Below are positions 28,036-38,071 of a DNA stretch of 64,000 bases, one piece after another. Numbering within the stretch: the stretch's first letter is position 1; every line of letters starts with the position of its first letter. Below the pieces are notes generated by a model. It was not told the origin of the DNA and did no database searches. It saw only the letters and a list, made by a program, of their open reading frames with translations. A program made the position numbers and the translations under genes. The DNA comes from Verrucomicrobiota bacterium. GTDB taxonomy: Bacteria > Verrucomicrobiota > Verrucomicrobiia > Palsa-1439. The stretch is from assembly GCA_016871575.1 (NCBI GenBank), contig VHCW01000003.1, forward strand, positions 36,835 through 100,834, written 5' to 3'.

Positions 28036-29402
28036 GAGGTTTCTCCTGGGCAGTCCGAGGCATTCGGGCGGCGGCTGGTTGTTGGTTGTTCCACCGGTGT
28101 TTCCTTGCTACAAGGCAATTCGATGCAGAACGTCGTGCCGGCGCCCGGCCGGCTGGCGCAGGTGATACGGCCGCCGTGTTCGAGGATGATTTGCTGGGTG
28201 AGCGCCAGTCCCAATCCCGTGCCGCCTTTCTTGCTGCTGAAAAACGGCTGGAACAATCTTTGGGACTGTTCCTCGTTCATGCCGTGGCCGGTATCGGCGA
28301 TTTCCAGCCGCACATGCGGGCGGACAAAAGCGGTGCGGATCGTGAGGGCGCCGCCATCGGGCATCGCTTCCCAAGCGTTGTGGATGATGTTCAGCATCGC
28401 CTGCCACAACTGCGCGCCGTCTGCGCGCACCGCGGGGAGGGTTGGGACGAATTGCGTGTCGAGCCGGATGCGGCGATGCGCAAACTCGGCGGCGCAAATC
28501 TGGAGTTGCTGTGCCAGCCATTCGTTCAACGCGATGGTCGCGTACGTTCCCTTGGGCAGCCGGGCAAACTTCAGGTAGCCGCTCGACACGCGCTGGATAC
28601 GGCGCAGTTCCGAATCAATCGAGCCGAGCAACGCCGGGGCGTGATTGCCGGCAAGGTTTTCGCGCAGGGAATCGAGGTTCAGGCGGATCGAGCCGAGTGG
28701 GTTGCGGATTTCATGGGCGAATTTCGCCGCCATCGTGCCGATGACCGCCAGCCGTTCGGAACGCAAACGCTCGTCGTGCTCCTGCTGGATGCGGCGCACC
28801 AACGGGCGAAACACGCACCACCCCAGCAGCGCCAGCGTCCCGAGTTGGACCGCGAGCAGTCCGGCGGCAGTCCGCCGCAACTGTTGGATGCCGGCGGCGT
28901 CGAGTCGCTGGTAGGCCAATGCCAGCGATTCCAAATCATCGCTCAATCGGCCGGTGGCTTGCGCGAAGATGGCCTTGGAGAGCGGATGCCCCGCCGTCCG
29001 TTCCGATGACGGCAATTCCAACAGTCTCCGCACATTGGCGATATGCTCGTGAACCTGACGATCCAGTTCCGCCGGCACTGCCAAGCGCGGATCGGCGCGA
29101 TGCAGCCGGGTTTGCGCTTCTTCCATTTCCCGCGCCTCCCGCTCCAACTCCTCGCGCAGGCGCGCCCGCTGGCCGTCGTCGGATGTTTTCAGGAAGTGTT
29201 CCGCCAACAACGCCGTGCGTTCGAGCAATATGTCCTGGCGATCAATCAGGTTGAGCACAGCGGCGCTGGTCTGCTGGTATTTCAATTCCGCCTGGGGCAG
29301 GTGGTAGCCGACGACGGCCAACGCCGCGAGCACGGCCAGCGCCCCCAGATAGGTGGTCGTGATCCGTTTCGTGAATGTGGCTGCTGCGTGTGACATCGTC
29401 AT
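28032..29402 (-). CDS. Sensor histidine kinase (HisKA + HATPase_c) with a periplasmic or extracytoplasmic sensor region
   Basis: H-box FAHEIRNPLGSI. N, G1 and G2 boxes present (HNAWEAM, DTGHGM, GTGLGLAL). Confidence 0.8.
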   Translation of the reverse strand: MTMSHAAATFTKRITTTYLGALAVLAALAVVGYHLPQAELKYQQTSAAVLNLIDRQDILLERTALLAEHFLKTSDDGQRARLREELEREAREMEEAQTRLHRADPRLAVPAELDRQVHEHIANVRRLLELPSSERTAGHPLSKAIFAQATGRLSDDLESLALAYQRLDAAGIQQLRRTAAGLLAVQLGTLALLGWCVFRPLVRRIQQEHDERLRSERLAVIGTMAAKFAHEIRNPLGSIRLNLDSLRENLAGNHAPALLGSIDSELRRIQRVSSGYLKFARLPKGTYATIALNEWLAQQLQICAAEFAHRRIRLDTQFVPTLPAVRADGAQLWQAMLNIIHNAWEAMPDGGALTIRTAFVRPHVRLEIADTGHGMNEEQSQRLFQPFFSSKKGGTGLGLALTQQIILEHGGRITCASRPGAGTTFCIELPCSKETPVEQPTTSRRPNASDCPGETS

Positions 29403-29727
29403 GCTTTCCTCGCGGAAACATTACCTGCAATCATCTGGAAATCCATCAAAACCGAAATCACTGTGATCCGTTCTTCACTCTTGCGTGAAGTTGTGGCGGG
29501 TTGAAAATCAGGAAATCGAAAACCATCGGAAAGCGTCGCGTGGCTGCCAAGGCGAAAAAACTGGCCGGCCAAGTAAAGGCCGCGCACATCGCCGAAACCG
29601 GATTGACCACGCGCATCTGCGGCCATCTGTCCGCCCGCGGACGGCGCACGCAAGGTTGGCGCGATGCGAAGCAGGCGGCCACCGTCGCGGATTCACAATA
29701 GTCCGGTTGTTCCGGGGACGCGGCCCG

Positions 29728-31308
29728 TCACGGTTTGGCGTGGCCGCTGAGGTAATGGCTGATGCGCCACGTGTGATAGGCGACGCGTTCGAGCCAGCGC
29801 ATCGCGTCGAGCGCCTCCAACGCCTGCGATGCCTCCCAGTTTCCGTCGGCGGTCTGCCGCAGGATGGCGGGGCGCTCCTGCCGTTGTTGTTCGGCCAATG
29901 CCGCCGCGCATTGTTCCACCACGGCCAGCCAATCCGTCGTCGCGCCGTCCCGCAACCCGTTCGTTGCCAGCGCCAGCGATTCCTGGGCGCGCTCCACGGC
30001 CGGCCGCAAGCGTTCATGGGCGAGCATCTGGCGAAGACTGAACGGCGGTTCCAGTCGCATTTCGAGCCGCAGCAGATGATCAATCGCGTGAACCTGCGCC
30101 AGCCGCAACTCCGACAACGGCGCGCCTTCGGTCACCGGCGGAATCCGGGCGAAAAATTCCTGCGTCCGTTCCAACGCCTGCCGAATCAGCACACGACGTG
30201 ATTCCTCCCGGATTCCACTTGGCGCGTGGAGGGTGTCGCGCAGCACGGCGAACAAGTCGCAGGCGATTTCGCTCAACGCGCGGCGGGTCGCTTCCAGCGC
30301 GACGGCGGGCACGCTGAGCAGCGTGTTGTCCAGATGCCGGGTCAGTGTCGGCCCTTGTTCCGGCAACAACCGTTCGATGACCCGGGCGCACCGGTTGACG
30401 TGCGGCAGGAAAATCGCCACGCCCAGCGCGATAAAGGTCGTGTGAAACGCCGCCAGGCTTGTTGCGCCGGCCTCCAGGCCCAGATGCGTCTGCGCCCATT
30501 GGATGACCCACAACAACAACGGCAACAACACCACCGCGATCAGGCCCGTTGCCAGATTGAACAGCACGTGCGCCAACGCCGTCCGCTTCGCGGGCACACT
30601 GCCGCCAATCGCCGCCAGCGCGCCGGTCACCGTCGTGCCGATGGCTGCGCCGATCACCAGCGACGCGGCCTGCTCGAAGTTCACCGCGCCGGTGTGCAAC
30701 GCCGTCAAGGTGGTTGCCACCGCGGCGCTTGACGACTGCATGATGATCGTCATCACAACGCCAATGAGCATCGCCAACAGATGACCGAGGAATCCGCCCG
30801 CCGGCAGCTTGGCCAGTTGAAACACGCCCGACAATCCCTCCATTCCCGTTTGCAGGGTTTCGATGCCGATGAAAATCAATCCGAACCCCGCCAGCGCCAG
30901 GCCGAGCGATTTCCAACGGTCTCGCGCCAGCAGCTTCAGGAACGCGCCCACTCCCACCAACGGCAGCGCGTAAAATCCCACACTGACTTTCAATCCGAGC
31001 ACCGACACGATCCAGCCTGTGCCGGTAGTGCCGAGGCTGGCGCCCAGCACCACGCCGACCGCCTGCGGAAACGTCAGCAGCCCCGCGCTGACAAACCCGA
31101 TCACAGTCACGGTCGTCGCACTGGACGATTGCACCATGGCGGTCACGAGCGCGCCGGACCCGAACGCCTTCAGCGGCGTGCCTGTGAAGCGCATCAACGC
31201 CCGGCGCAACGCCTCGCCGGCGAACGCCTTCAGGCCGTCGGTGAGCATGACCATTCCCATCAGAAACAACCCGATCCCGCCCACCAGTCGAAAAACCATT
31301 CCAATCAT
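29728..31308 (-). CDS. Na+/phosphate cotransporter family protein (NptA-like) with a PhoU-like C-terminal domain
   Basis: 526 aa. Duplicated Na_Pi_cotrans-like hydrophobic halves. Confidence 0.8.
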   Translation of the reverse strand: MIGMVFRLVGGIGLFLMGMVMLTDGLKAFAGEALRRALMRFTGTPLKAFGSGALVTAMVQSSSATTVTVIGFVSAGLLTFPQAVGVVLGASLGTTGTGWIVSVLGLKVSVGFYALPLVGVGAFLKLLARDRWKSLGLALAGFGLIFIGIETLQTGMEGLSGVFQLAKLPAGGFLGHLLAMLIGVVMTIIMQSSSAAVATTLTALHTGAVNFEQAASLVIGAAIGTTVTGALAAIGGSVPAKRTALAHVLFNLATGLIAVVLLPLLLWVIQWAQTHLGLEAGATSLAAFHTTFIALGVAIFLPHVNRCARVIERLLPEQGPTLTRHLDNTLLSVPAVALEATRRALSEIACDLFAVLRDTLHAPSGIREESRRVLIRQALERTQEFFARIPPVTEGAPLSELRLAQVHAIDHLLRLEMRLEPPFSLRQMLAHERLRPAVERAQESLALATNGLRDGATTDWLAVVEQCAAALAEQQRQERPAILRQTADGNWEASQALEALDAMRWLERVAYHTWRISHYLSGHAKP

Positions 31309-31417
31309 GCCGTGATTCTAGAGCGCGTCGCACGCGAGTCAAGAACGCATCGGATAAAGAGCGCAGCGCGAATCTTCGGCTTGCCTGCGCCGGTTCTTTG
31401 TGCGACAAGCCGGAGCC

Positions 31418-34400
31418 ATGAGAACCAGATTTTTCTTCGCATCGTTCCTCTTGTTGTCCGCGATTCTGGTCCGCGCCGATGATTGGCCCACGTACCGGCA
31501 CGACAACGCCCGCAGCGGCATCACACAGGAGAAACTCGCAACGCCTTTGGCCGAGGCGTGGGTGTTCCAATCACGCCACGCACCATCCCCGGCGTGGGAA
31601 CCGCCGCGGGATGTCCCTGTCGAGGGGTTTCTGGAATTGCCGCGCGTGCGATTTGACGATGCCTATCATGTGGTCGCCGCCGGCGACGCGCTCTACTTCG
31701 GCTCGTCCTCCGACAACAAAGTCTATTGTCTCGACGCCCGCACCGGGAAAATACGTTGGACGTTTTTCACCGGCGGCCCGGTCCGGCTTGCGCCAACCAT
31801 CGCGCACAACCGGGTGTACTTCGGCTCGGACGATGGTTTTGTCTATTGTCTCGCTGCCGCTGACGGCTCAGTGGTCTGGCAACGGCGCGTTGGCCCCTCG
31901 GACAAGCGCCTGATCGGCCACGGCAAGATGATTTCGCTCTGGCCGGTCCGCACCGGCGTGTTGGTGGACAAGGACATCGCCTATTGCGGCGCGGGGCTTT
32001 TCCCGTCGGAAGGCATCTATCTCGAAGCGGTTCGCGCCGCCGACGGCGAGTTGCTCTGGCGCAACGACACCGGCGGCGAATCCACCGGCAGCCGGCTCTC
32101 GCCGCAAGGCTATCTGCTGGCCTCGGACACGCAATTGTTCGTGCCCCAAGGCCGGTCCACGCCAGCATTGTTTGACCGTCAGGACGGCAAACTCATCACC
32201 CAACCGACTTTCGGAAAGAGCATCGGCGGCACCGATGCGTGGCTGGTCAACGACACGCTCTACACCGGCACGGAAGAAATCATGGGCTACGACGCGGGGA
32301 CCCGCGCGCGTGTCACATGGTTTGCCGGGCGCAAAGTCATCATCACGCCCAGCATGTCGTACGTCACCACGACCAATGCGATGCTCGCGTTGAATCCTGA
32401 AGGCTATTCGCCGCTGGCCAACGTTTGGCTGCGCCTGCAAGCGGAGCGCACCAAGGTTGCGCGGGACATGCGGACGCCCACCAACGAAAAGAAACGCCTC
32501 ACCGACGCCATTGCTTTGGACCGTGCCGCGCTCGCCAAGGCCGCCAGCGAAACCGAACGCGCCAAGTTGGAAAAAGAAATCCAAGAGCAGGAGACAAAAC
32601 TTGAGTCTGTGACAAAACAATTGGCCGCCTCCAAGGAACGGTTGCAGTCGCTTGATGAAAAACTGAAAGAAGCCCACGCGGGGATGTCCAAGACCATCAA
32701 ATGGCAGTTGCCCTGTGAATGTCCGGATTCCCTCGTCATGGCCGGCGATTTGTTGATTGGCGGGGGACAAGACCACGTGCTCGCCGTCAACGCTGAAACG
32801 GGCAAACAACTCTGGCAGGCAAAAGTCTCCGGTAAAGCCAAAGGTCTCGCCGTTGCCAATGGACGGCTTTACGTCAGCACCGACACCGGCGCCATCCACT
32901 GTTTTGCCACCGGGAAAACGGCTGCGCCTGCGCGTGTCGCGGTGCGAACCAATCCCGCGCCGTATCCATCCGACAAGTTGACCGCGCAATACGCCGCTGC
33001 TGCTGATACCATCGTCCGTGAGTCCGGCGTCAAACGCGGTTTCTGCCTTGTGCTCGGCTGCGAAACCGGCCGTCTCGCGCTCGAACTCGCAAAGCGCACT
33101 GAATTGAACATCATCGGCATCGAACCCGACCCGAAGAAGGTCGTCGCCTCCCGCCGCGCGCTCGATGCCGCCGGCGTGTACGGGGCGCGTGTCATTGTGG
33201 ACTGCGGCCCGCTCAACCGTCTGCCGTACTCGGATTTTTTTGCCAATCTCGTTGTGTCCGATACGGCATTGCTCGGCAACTCTGTTGATGCCGGGCGCGA
33301 ACTGGACCGCGTGCTCAAGCCGGTCGGCGGCGTGGCCATGATCGGCTCCGCCGCGCAATTGAAACAATCCAAGATCATGCGCGGCCCGTTGCCCGGCGCG
33401 GGCGCGTGGACGCACCTCTACGCCAATGCCGCCAACACCGCGTCCAGCGATGACACATTCTTGAAATGTCCGCTCGGCCTGTTGTGGTTCGGCGATCCCG
33501 GCCCGCTGCAAATGCCCAGCCGCCACGTGCGCGCCGCCGGGCCGTTGTCGGTCAACGGTGTGCTCTTTGTGCCCAGCGAACACGCGGTCACCGCCTACGA
33601 TGCGTACAATGGGTTGAAGTTGTGGGAGCGCTCCATTCCCAATGTGTTGCGCACGCGAATTTCGTCGGAATCAAGTTGCGTCGCTGCTGACATGAAAAGT
33701 TTCTACATCGTCAATGCCGACACCTGCCTGCAACTCGACATACAGACCGGCGCAGTTCAGGCGACGTACAAAGTGCCGGCGCAACCCGGCGGTAACCCCC
33801 GTCGTTGGGGGCATCTTGCCGTCGCCGAAGGACGATTGATCGGCAGCGGAGTCGCCGCCACTGACCGCACTTCCGACTTGTTGTTCGCCTACGACACGGC
33901 TACCAGTCAACTGGCGTGGACGCACAAGGCCGAGCGCGTGTTGCACACGGCCATCTCGGTGGGCGAAGGCCGCGTATTCTTCGCCGAACCTCCGGCCCCG
34001 GCCAAGCCGTCGAAAAGCAGCAAGTCGAAGAGCCGCAAGGCAAAGGCGGGCAATGCGCATTCGATAACAGCCATCACCCTGGCCACCGGCCAAACGGCAT
34101 GGCAACAATCCGTGGACTTGACCGGGTGCGTGGACGGCAAATACTGGGGCGCGTTGGGCAGCATGGTTCATGACGGCGTGCTCGTTCTGTTCGGCATCTA
34201 TACCGACGGCCATTACTGGAAAGAATTTTTCGCCAACCAGTTTGACCAGCGCCGGGTCATCACATTGAAAGCGCGTGACGGCTCGCCGCTCTGGTCGAAG
34301 AACATCGCCTACCGGGTGCGTCCGCTCATTCTCGGCGACACGCTGCACGCCGAGCCGTGGGCGTTCGATCTCCAGACCGGCGCGCAACGCCAGCGCACCA

Positions 34401-35257
34401 ATCCCATCACCGGCAATGTCGAGCCGTGGCAGTTCGCCCGGCCCGGCCACCACTGCGGCACGCCCATCGCCGCGCCCAATGTTATGTTCTTCCGCTCCTA
34501 CTATCTCGGCTACTACGACCTCACCGGCGATTACGGCACGATGACCTTCGGCGGACAACGTCCCGGCTGCTGGATCAACTTCATTCCCGCCAACGGCCTC
34601 GCCTTGATGCCCGAAGCCAGTTCCGGTTGCATGTGCCCGTTCCCCAACATGTGCACCGTCGTCTTCGCCCCGCGCCCCGACAACCGCGCGTGGGCGCAAT
34701 ACAGCATCACCGGGGACATCAAACCCGTCCAACACCTCGCCCTGCAACTCGGCGCCCCCGGCGACCGTCGCGATGACAATGGCACGATCTGGCTCGGTTA
34801 TCCGCGTCCCAAAGGCAGCCTCGTGCTGCAATTCAAGCTCGACATCAAACTCAGCCCCGGCGGCGAGTATTTCGCGCACAGTCCCGACTTCATGCGCATC
34901 ACCGGCACGGGCAGCCCGTGGCTCTACACGTTTGGGGCGCGCGGCCTGCAACGCTGTGAAATCCCGCTGCTCGATCCCGGCACCGGCGCGGCTCGTTACA
35001 CCGTGCGGCTCGGCTTTGCCGAGATCGAAGATCGCAAACCCGGTGAGCGCGTCTTCGACATCGCGCTCCAAGGCAAACCCGTGCAAAAGAACTTCGACAT
35101 AGTCGCGCAAGCGCGCGGCCCCCGCAAAGCGCTCATCAAGGAATTCACCGGCGTTGAAGTGACTGACAACCTCGTCATTGAGTTGACGCCGTCAGCATCC
35201 TCCCAACCGCCCATCCTCCAAACCATCGAAATCATCAAGGAACGGACGCTGAAGTAG
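31418..35257 (+). CDS. Giant secreted multidomain protein: PQQ-like beta-propeller repeats, coiled coil, embedded class-I methyltransferase-like segment, C-terminal malectin-like carbohydrate-binding domain
   Basis: Signal peptide MRTRFFFASFLLLSAILVRA. Repeated PQQ/BamB-like blade motifs. Lys/Glu-rich coiled coil around aa 350-440. GFCLVLGCETGRLALELAK...IIGIEPD resembles a SAM-MTase motif I. The C-terminal YTVRLGFAEIEDRKPGERVFDIALQGK resembles malectin. Confidence 0.7.
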   Translation: MRTRFFFASFLLLSAILVRADDWPTYRHDNARSGITQEKLATPLAEAWVFQSRHAPSPAWEPPRDVPVEGFLELPRVRFDDAYHVVAAGDALYFGSSSDNKVYCLDARTGKIRWTFFTGGPVRLAPTIAHNRVYFGSDDGFVYCLAAADGSVVWQRRVGPSDKRLIGHGKMISLWPVRTGVLVDKDIAYCGAGLFPSEGIYLEAVRAADGELLWRNDTGGESTGSRLSPQGYLLASDTQLFVPQGRSTPALFDRQDGKLITQPTFGKSIGGTDAWLVNDTLYTGTEEIMGYDAGTRARVTWFAGRKVIITPSMSYVTTTNAMLALNPEGYSPLANVWLRLQAERTKVARDMRTPTNEKKRLTDAIALDRAALAKAASETERAKLEKEIQEQETKLESVTKQLAASKERLQSLDEKLKEAHAGMSKTIKWQLPCECPDSLVMAGDLLIGGGQDHVLAVNAETGKQLWQAKVSGKAKGLAVANGRLYVSTDTGAIHCFATGKTAAPARVAVRTNPAPYPSDKLTAQYAAAADTIVRESGVKRGFCLVLGCETGRLALELAKRTELNIIGIEPDPKKVVASRRALDAAGVYGARVIVDCGPLNRLPYSDFFANLVVSDTALLGNSVDAGRELDRVLKPVGGVAMIGSAAQLKQSKIMRGPLPGAGAWTHLYANAANTASSDDTFLKCPLGLLWFGDPGPLQMPSRHVRAAGPLSVNGVLFVPSEHAVTAYDAYNGLKLWERSIPNVLRTRISSESSCVAADMKSFYIVNADTCLQLDIQTGAVQATYKVPAQPGGNPRRWGHLAVAEGRLIGSGVAATDRTSDLLFAYDTATSQLAWTHKAERVLHTAISVGEGRVFFAEPPAPAKPSKSSKSKSRKAKAGNAHSITAITLATGQTAWQQSVDLTGCVDGKYWGALGSMVHDGVLVLFGIYTDGHYWKEFFANQFDQRRVITLKARDGSPLWSKNIAYRVRPLILGDTLHAEPWAFDLQTGAQRQRTNPITGNVEPWQFARPGHHCGTPIAAPNVMFFRSYYLGYYDLTGDYGTMTFGGQRPGCWINFIPANGLALMPEASSGCMCPFPNMCTVVFAPRPDNRAWAQYSITGDIKPVQHLALQLGAPGDRRDDNGTIWLGYPRPKGSLVLQFKLDIKLSPGGEYFAHSPDFMRITGTGSPWLYTFGARGLQRCEIPLLDPGTGAARYTVRLGFAEIEDRKPGERVFDIALQGKPVQKNFDIVAQARGPRKALIKEFTGVEVTDNLVIELTPSASSQPPILQTIEIIKERTLK

Positions 35258-35310
35258 AAGTGGAGTGCAAACGGCTTGCGGCGTGGTACGGGCAAGCGTA
35301 GGATGCCGCT

Positions 35311-35802
35311 GTGATGAGACGCTTGCGCATCTACCTCGACACCTCAGTAATCAACTTCCTGTTTGCTGAGGACTCACCGGATTTCCAGAAAGCGACTGTC
35401 GAGTTTTTCACGAAGTACGCGGCGATGTATGAGTTGTATGTGTCAGAGATCGTCCGGCTGGAGATTGGACGGACACCGGACCTGAAACACCGGGAAAGGT
35501 TGTTGGAGGTGTTGCAGCAGTACCCAATCAACATCCTCACGAACGCGGCACGCGCAGAAATCGAGCAGTTGGCGAAGCTTTATGTGTTGCAACAGGTGAT
35601 GCCCGCCGCCAAGTTCGAGGATGCCTTGCACGTTGCCTATGCAACCGTTTACCAAATGGATATATTGCTGTCATGGAACTTCAAGCACTTGGCGAATGTC
35701 CGGCGCGAAGGATTGATTACAGCGGTCAACCAGCAGGCTGGTTACCGCTATCCTTTGCGGCTGTTGTCGCCACTGGAGGTGGAAGATGAAGGCGAAGCCT
35801 AA
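35311..35802 (+). CDS. PIN-domain protein (VapC-like nuclease fold) with a C-terminal extension
   Basis: IYLDTSVINFL plus acidic residues at the expected PIN spacing. Sits in a lower-GC segment. Confidence 0.6.
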   Translation: MMRRLRIYLDTSVINFLFAEDSPDFQKATVEFFTKYAAMYELYVSEIVRLEIGRTPDLKHRERLLEVLQQYPINILTNAARAEIEQLAKLYVLQQVMPAAKFEDALHVAYATVYQMDILLSWNFKHLANVRREGLITAVNQQAGYRYPLRLLSPLEVEDEGEA

Positions 35803-36010
35803 AGATGAATTTGTGCCCAGAGCGTTGCGCGAGGTCTGGGAATGGAAAGACTCCATTTATCAGGACGTCAAACATCTGCCCACCGATCAAGCTCTTCACG
35901 AGATCATGCGGATGGCCCACGAGGCCGCCATCGCGCAGGGTGCGATTCCCGCCGCTCCGGCCAAGGTCGCCGAATCACCTGCCAAATACCGGGCCAAGCG
36001 ACGGAAGTAG
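35786..36010 (+). CDS. Small hypothetical protein downstream of, and overlapping, the PIN gene (possible antitoxin in reversed gene order)
   Basis: 74-aa ORF whose ATG overlaps the PIN gene's 3' end by 17 bp. Basic C-terminus. No recognised family. Confidence 0.35.
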   Translation: MKAKPKDEFVPRALREVWEWKDSIYQDVKHLPTDQALHEIMRMAHEAAIAQGAIPAAPAKVAESPAKYRAKRRK

Positions 36011-36034
36011 CCACAAACCCACAGCAAGAGCAGC

Positions 36035-37066
36035 CTACTTCTGTTTTCCCTCCAGTTGTTTGCGGACGGCGCTGATGGCCTTGGCTTCGTCGAGATTGCC
36101 GGCGTCCATCGCGGACTTCTGCGCGGCATCAAGGTCGCGGATGTATTGCTGCGCCGCCGACGTGGCCGCGTTTTCGTAACGACTCTTTGCGGTGTTAGCA
36201 AGCGCGCTCGTGAATTGCGGGTTAACCGGCTTGCCGTCCTTGATGTCGCGGGTGGCGTCGCGAATGACGACGGCCTCATCGAGATTGTTGGCGCGCATCG
36301 CGGCCTGCAATGCGGCGTCGAGATCGGCAAGATACTGCTGAGTGGCGGCTGCCAAATATTGGTTGTATCGTGCTTCCGCGGCAGCAGCTTGCCGCGTAGC
36401 AAGTGATGATCCCGACGGGAGAGGTACAGTTGCGGGTGGCGCAACGGTGGGTGCCGGCACAACTGGAGTAGAAACAGCCGCTGAGGGAATCACTCTGCCT
36501 CGCGTCACGAAAATGTTCTTGTATTCGACTTCCCCCTTGGACCAGCTATCGCCGCCGCAGAATCGGAGTTTGTCAGGCGCATTCTTTACTCCTCGGCCCT
36601 TGTTAACCAGTTTTCCGTCCACATAAAACTCGACAGCATCCGGCCTGATGGAAAGAAGAATGTGATAAACGGTTTGCTGATTGTAGTGGAACAGAGGAGC
36701 ACCTTTCGTAGCGGGATAAATTCCAAAGGTCTTCTCGTAGCCTTCGTTCGCAAACGAAAAACGCCCATACTTCACACGCGGGCGCATTCCCTTCAGCACG
36801 TTGATGTCAAACTCCAAGGTGAAGGGCGGTTGGAAATCTTTTTGATACTCGATTTCACTAGCACCACTACCGATCAACGATCCGCCCTTAAACTTCCAAT
36901 CACCGGAGATCACTTTCCATTTCGATTCCTTGTCCTTGGCGAGTAATGCATCCCCATCACTGGCCGGTTTGCCGCCGGGATTGCTGCCAAACCGATCTGC
37001 AGCATTCACACACTCAAGCGTGACCACCAAGACGACGCAGGCAATGGCAAGCAACCAGTGTTTCAT
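36035..37066 (-). CDS. Secreted DUF1080 (3-keto-disaccharide-hydrolase-like) domain protein with a Pro/Ala/Thr-rich linker and a C-terminal tandem ~45-aa repeat
   Basis: Signal peptide. WKVISGDWKFKGGSLIG...FTLEFDINV matches the DUF1080 pattern. C-terminal repeats: QQYLADLDAALQAAMRANNLDEAVVIRD and QQYIRDLDAAQKSAMDAGNLDEAKAISA. Confidence 0.65.
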   Translation of the reverse strand: MKHWLLAIACVVLVVTLECVNAADRFGSNPGGKPASDGDALLAKDKESKWKVISGDWKFKGGSLIGSGASEIEYQKDFQPPFTLEFDINVLKGMRPRVKYGRFSFANEGYEKTFGIYPATKGAPLFHYNQQTVYHILLSIRPDAVEFYVDGKLVNKGRGVKNAPDKLRFCGGDSWSKGEVEYKNIFVTRGRVIPSAAVSTPVVPAPTVAPPATVPLPSGSSLATRQAAAAEARYNQYLAAATQQYLADLDAALQAAMRANNLDEAVVIRDATRDIKDGKPVNPQFTSALANTAKSRYENAATSAAQQYIRDLDAAQKSAMDAGNLDEAKAISAVRKQLEGKQK

Positions 37067-37162
37067 AGCAATCCCTCTGTTTTTCCGCGCAGACTACTCA
37101 ATGCCACCGCCAAATACAGGCCCACGCGGCGTCGCGCCGTGTTCCGGTTTTGTTCCGTTGCG

Positions 37163-38071
37163 TCACTTCAAATACTGGCCGAGGTTCTCTTTCGTCACAA
37201 GCTGGAACGGGATGAAGACCTGTTTCTCGTAAGGCTGTTTCTTGACGATCTTGACGGCGACATCGACAGCGCCGCTGCCTTGGCCGCGCGCATCTTGAAA
37301 CACCGTGGCGTCAAGCCGCCCGGCTTTGACGGCTTGCAGCGCATCGGCAATCGCATCTACTCCGGCGACGATGACTTTGTCTTTCATCTTCGCCTGCTCC
37401 AACGCAAGTAGCGCACCCATCGCCATTTCGTCGTTCTGCGCGAACACAGCCTTGATCTTTGGGCCGAGCGATTGAATCCAGTTTTCCATCAAGCTCATCG
37501 CCTTGGCCCGGTCCCATTCGCCGGTCTGGTCGGCGAGCAACTTCAAGCCGGGATTCTTCGCGAGGATTTCGCGGGCGCCCTGGTCGCGCTTAATCTGCGC
37601 GGCTTGTCCCATGAACCCGTGCATCATCACGACGTTGCCTTGGCTGTTGAGCCGCTTGGCGAGGTAGTCCATCGCGATGCGGCCGGATTCCTCGTCGCGC
37701 GAGCCGACAAACGCCGTCGGCGCGGTCCGCGTCTCGGAGTTCACGTTCACAATCGGGATGCCGGCGGCCAGCGCCTTGTCAACGGCGGGCGCACTCGCCT
37801 CGACTTCGCACGGGTTAAGGATGATGGCGTCCACCCGCTGCGCGATGAAGCTCTCGACCTGCTGAACCTGCCGCTCGGCGCTGCGTTGGGCGTCATTGAT
37901 GATGAGCTTCACGCCAAGTTCCTTCGCCTTCGCTTCCATCGCTTGATGAATCATCACGATGAATTCGTTCGACAAGTTCAACAGTGTAACCCCGATGGTG
38001 ATGCGTTTCTCTCCCGATTGCTCACAACCGCACAACGCCAGCACGAAAACCAATGCGATGATTCGTTTCAC
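37163..38071 (-). CDS. Sugar ABC transporter substrate-binding lipoprotein (RbsB/periplasmic binding protein family)
   Basis: Lipobox LALCGC. PBP type I fold pattern. Confidence 0.8.
   Translation of the reverse strand: MKRIIALVFVLALCGCEQSGEKRITIGVTLLNLSNEFIVMIHQAMEAKAKELGVKLIINDAQRSAERQVQQVESFIAQRVDAIILNPCEVEASAPAVDKALAAGIPIVNVNSETRTAPTAFVGSRDEESGRIAMDYLAKRLNSQGNVVMMHGFMGQAAQIKRDQGAREILAKNPGLKLLADQTGEWDRAKAMSLMENWIQSLGPKIKAVFAQNDEMAMGALLALEQAKMKDKVIVAGVDAIADALQAVKAGRLDATVFQDARGQGSGAVDVAVKIVKKQPYEKQVFIPFQLVTKENLGQYLK

Noticed and set aside
31868-35110. 571-aa and 479-aa minus-strand ORFs
   Set aside because: Antisense to the 1285-aa PQQ/malectin protein gene. No recognisable motifs.
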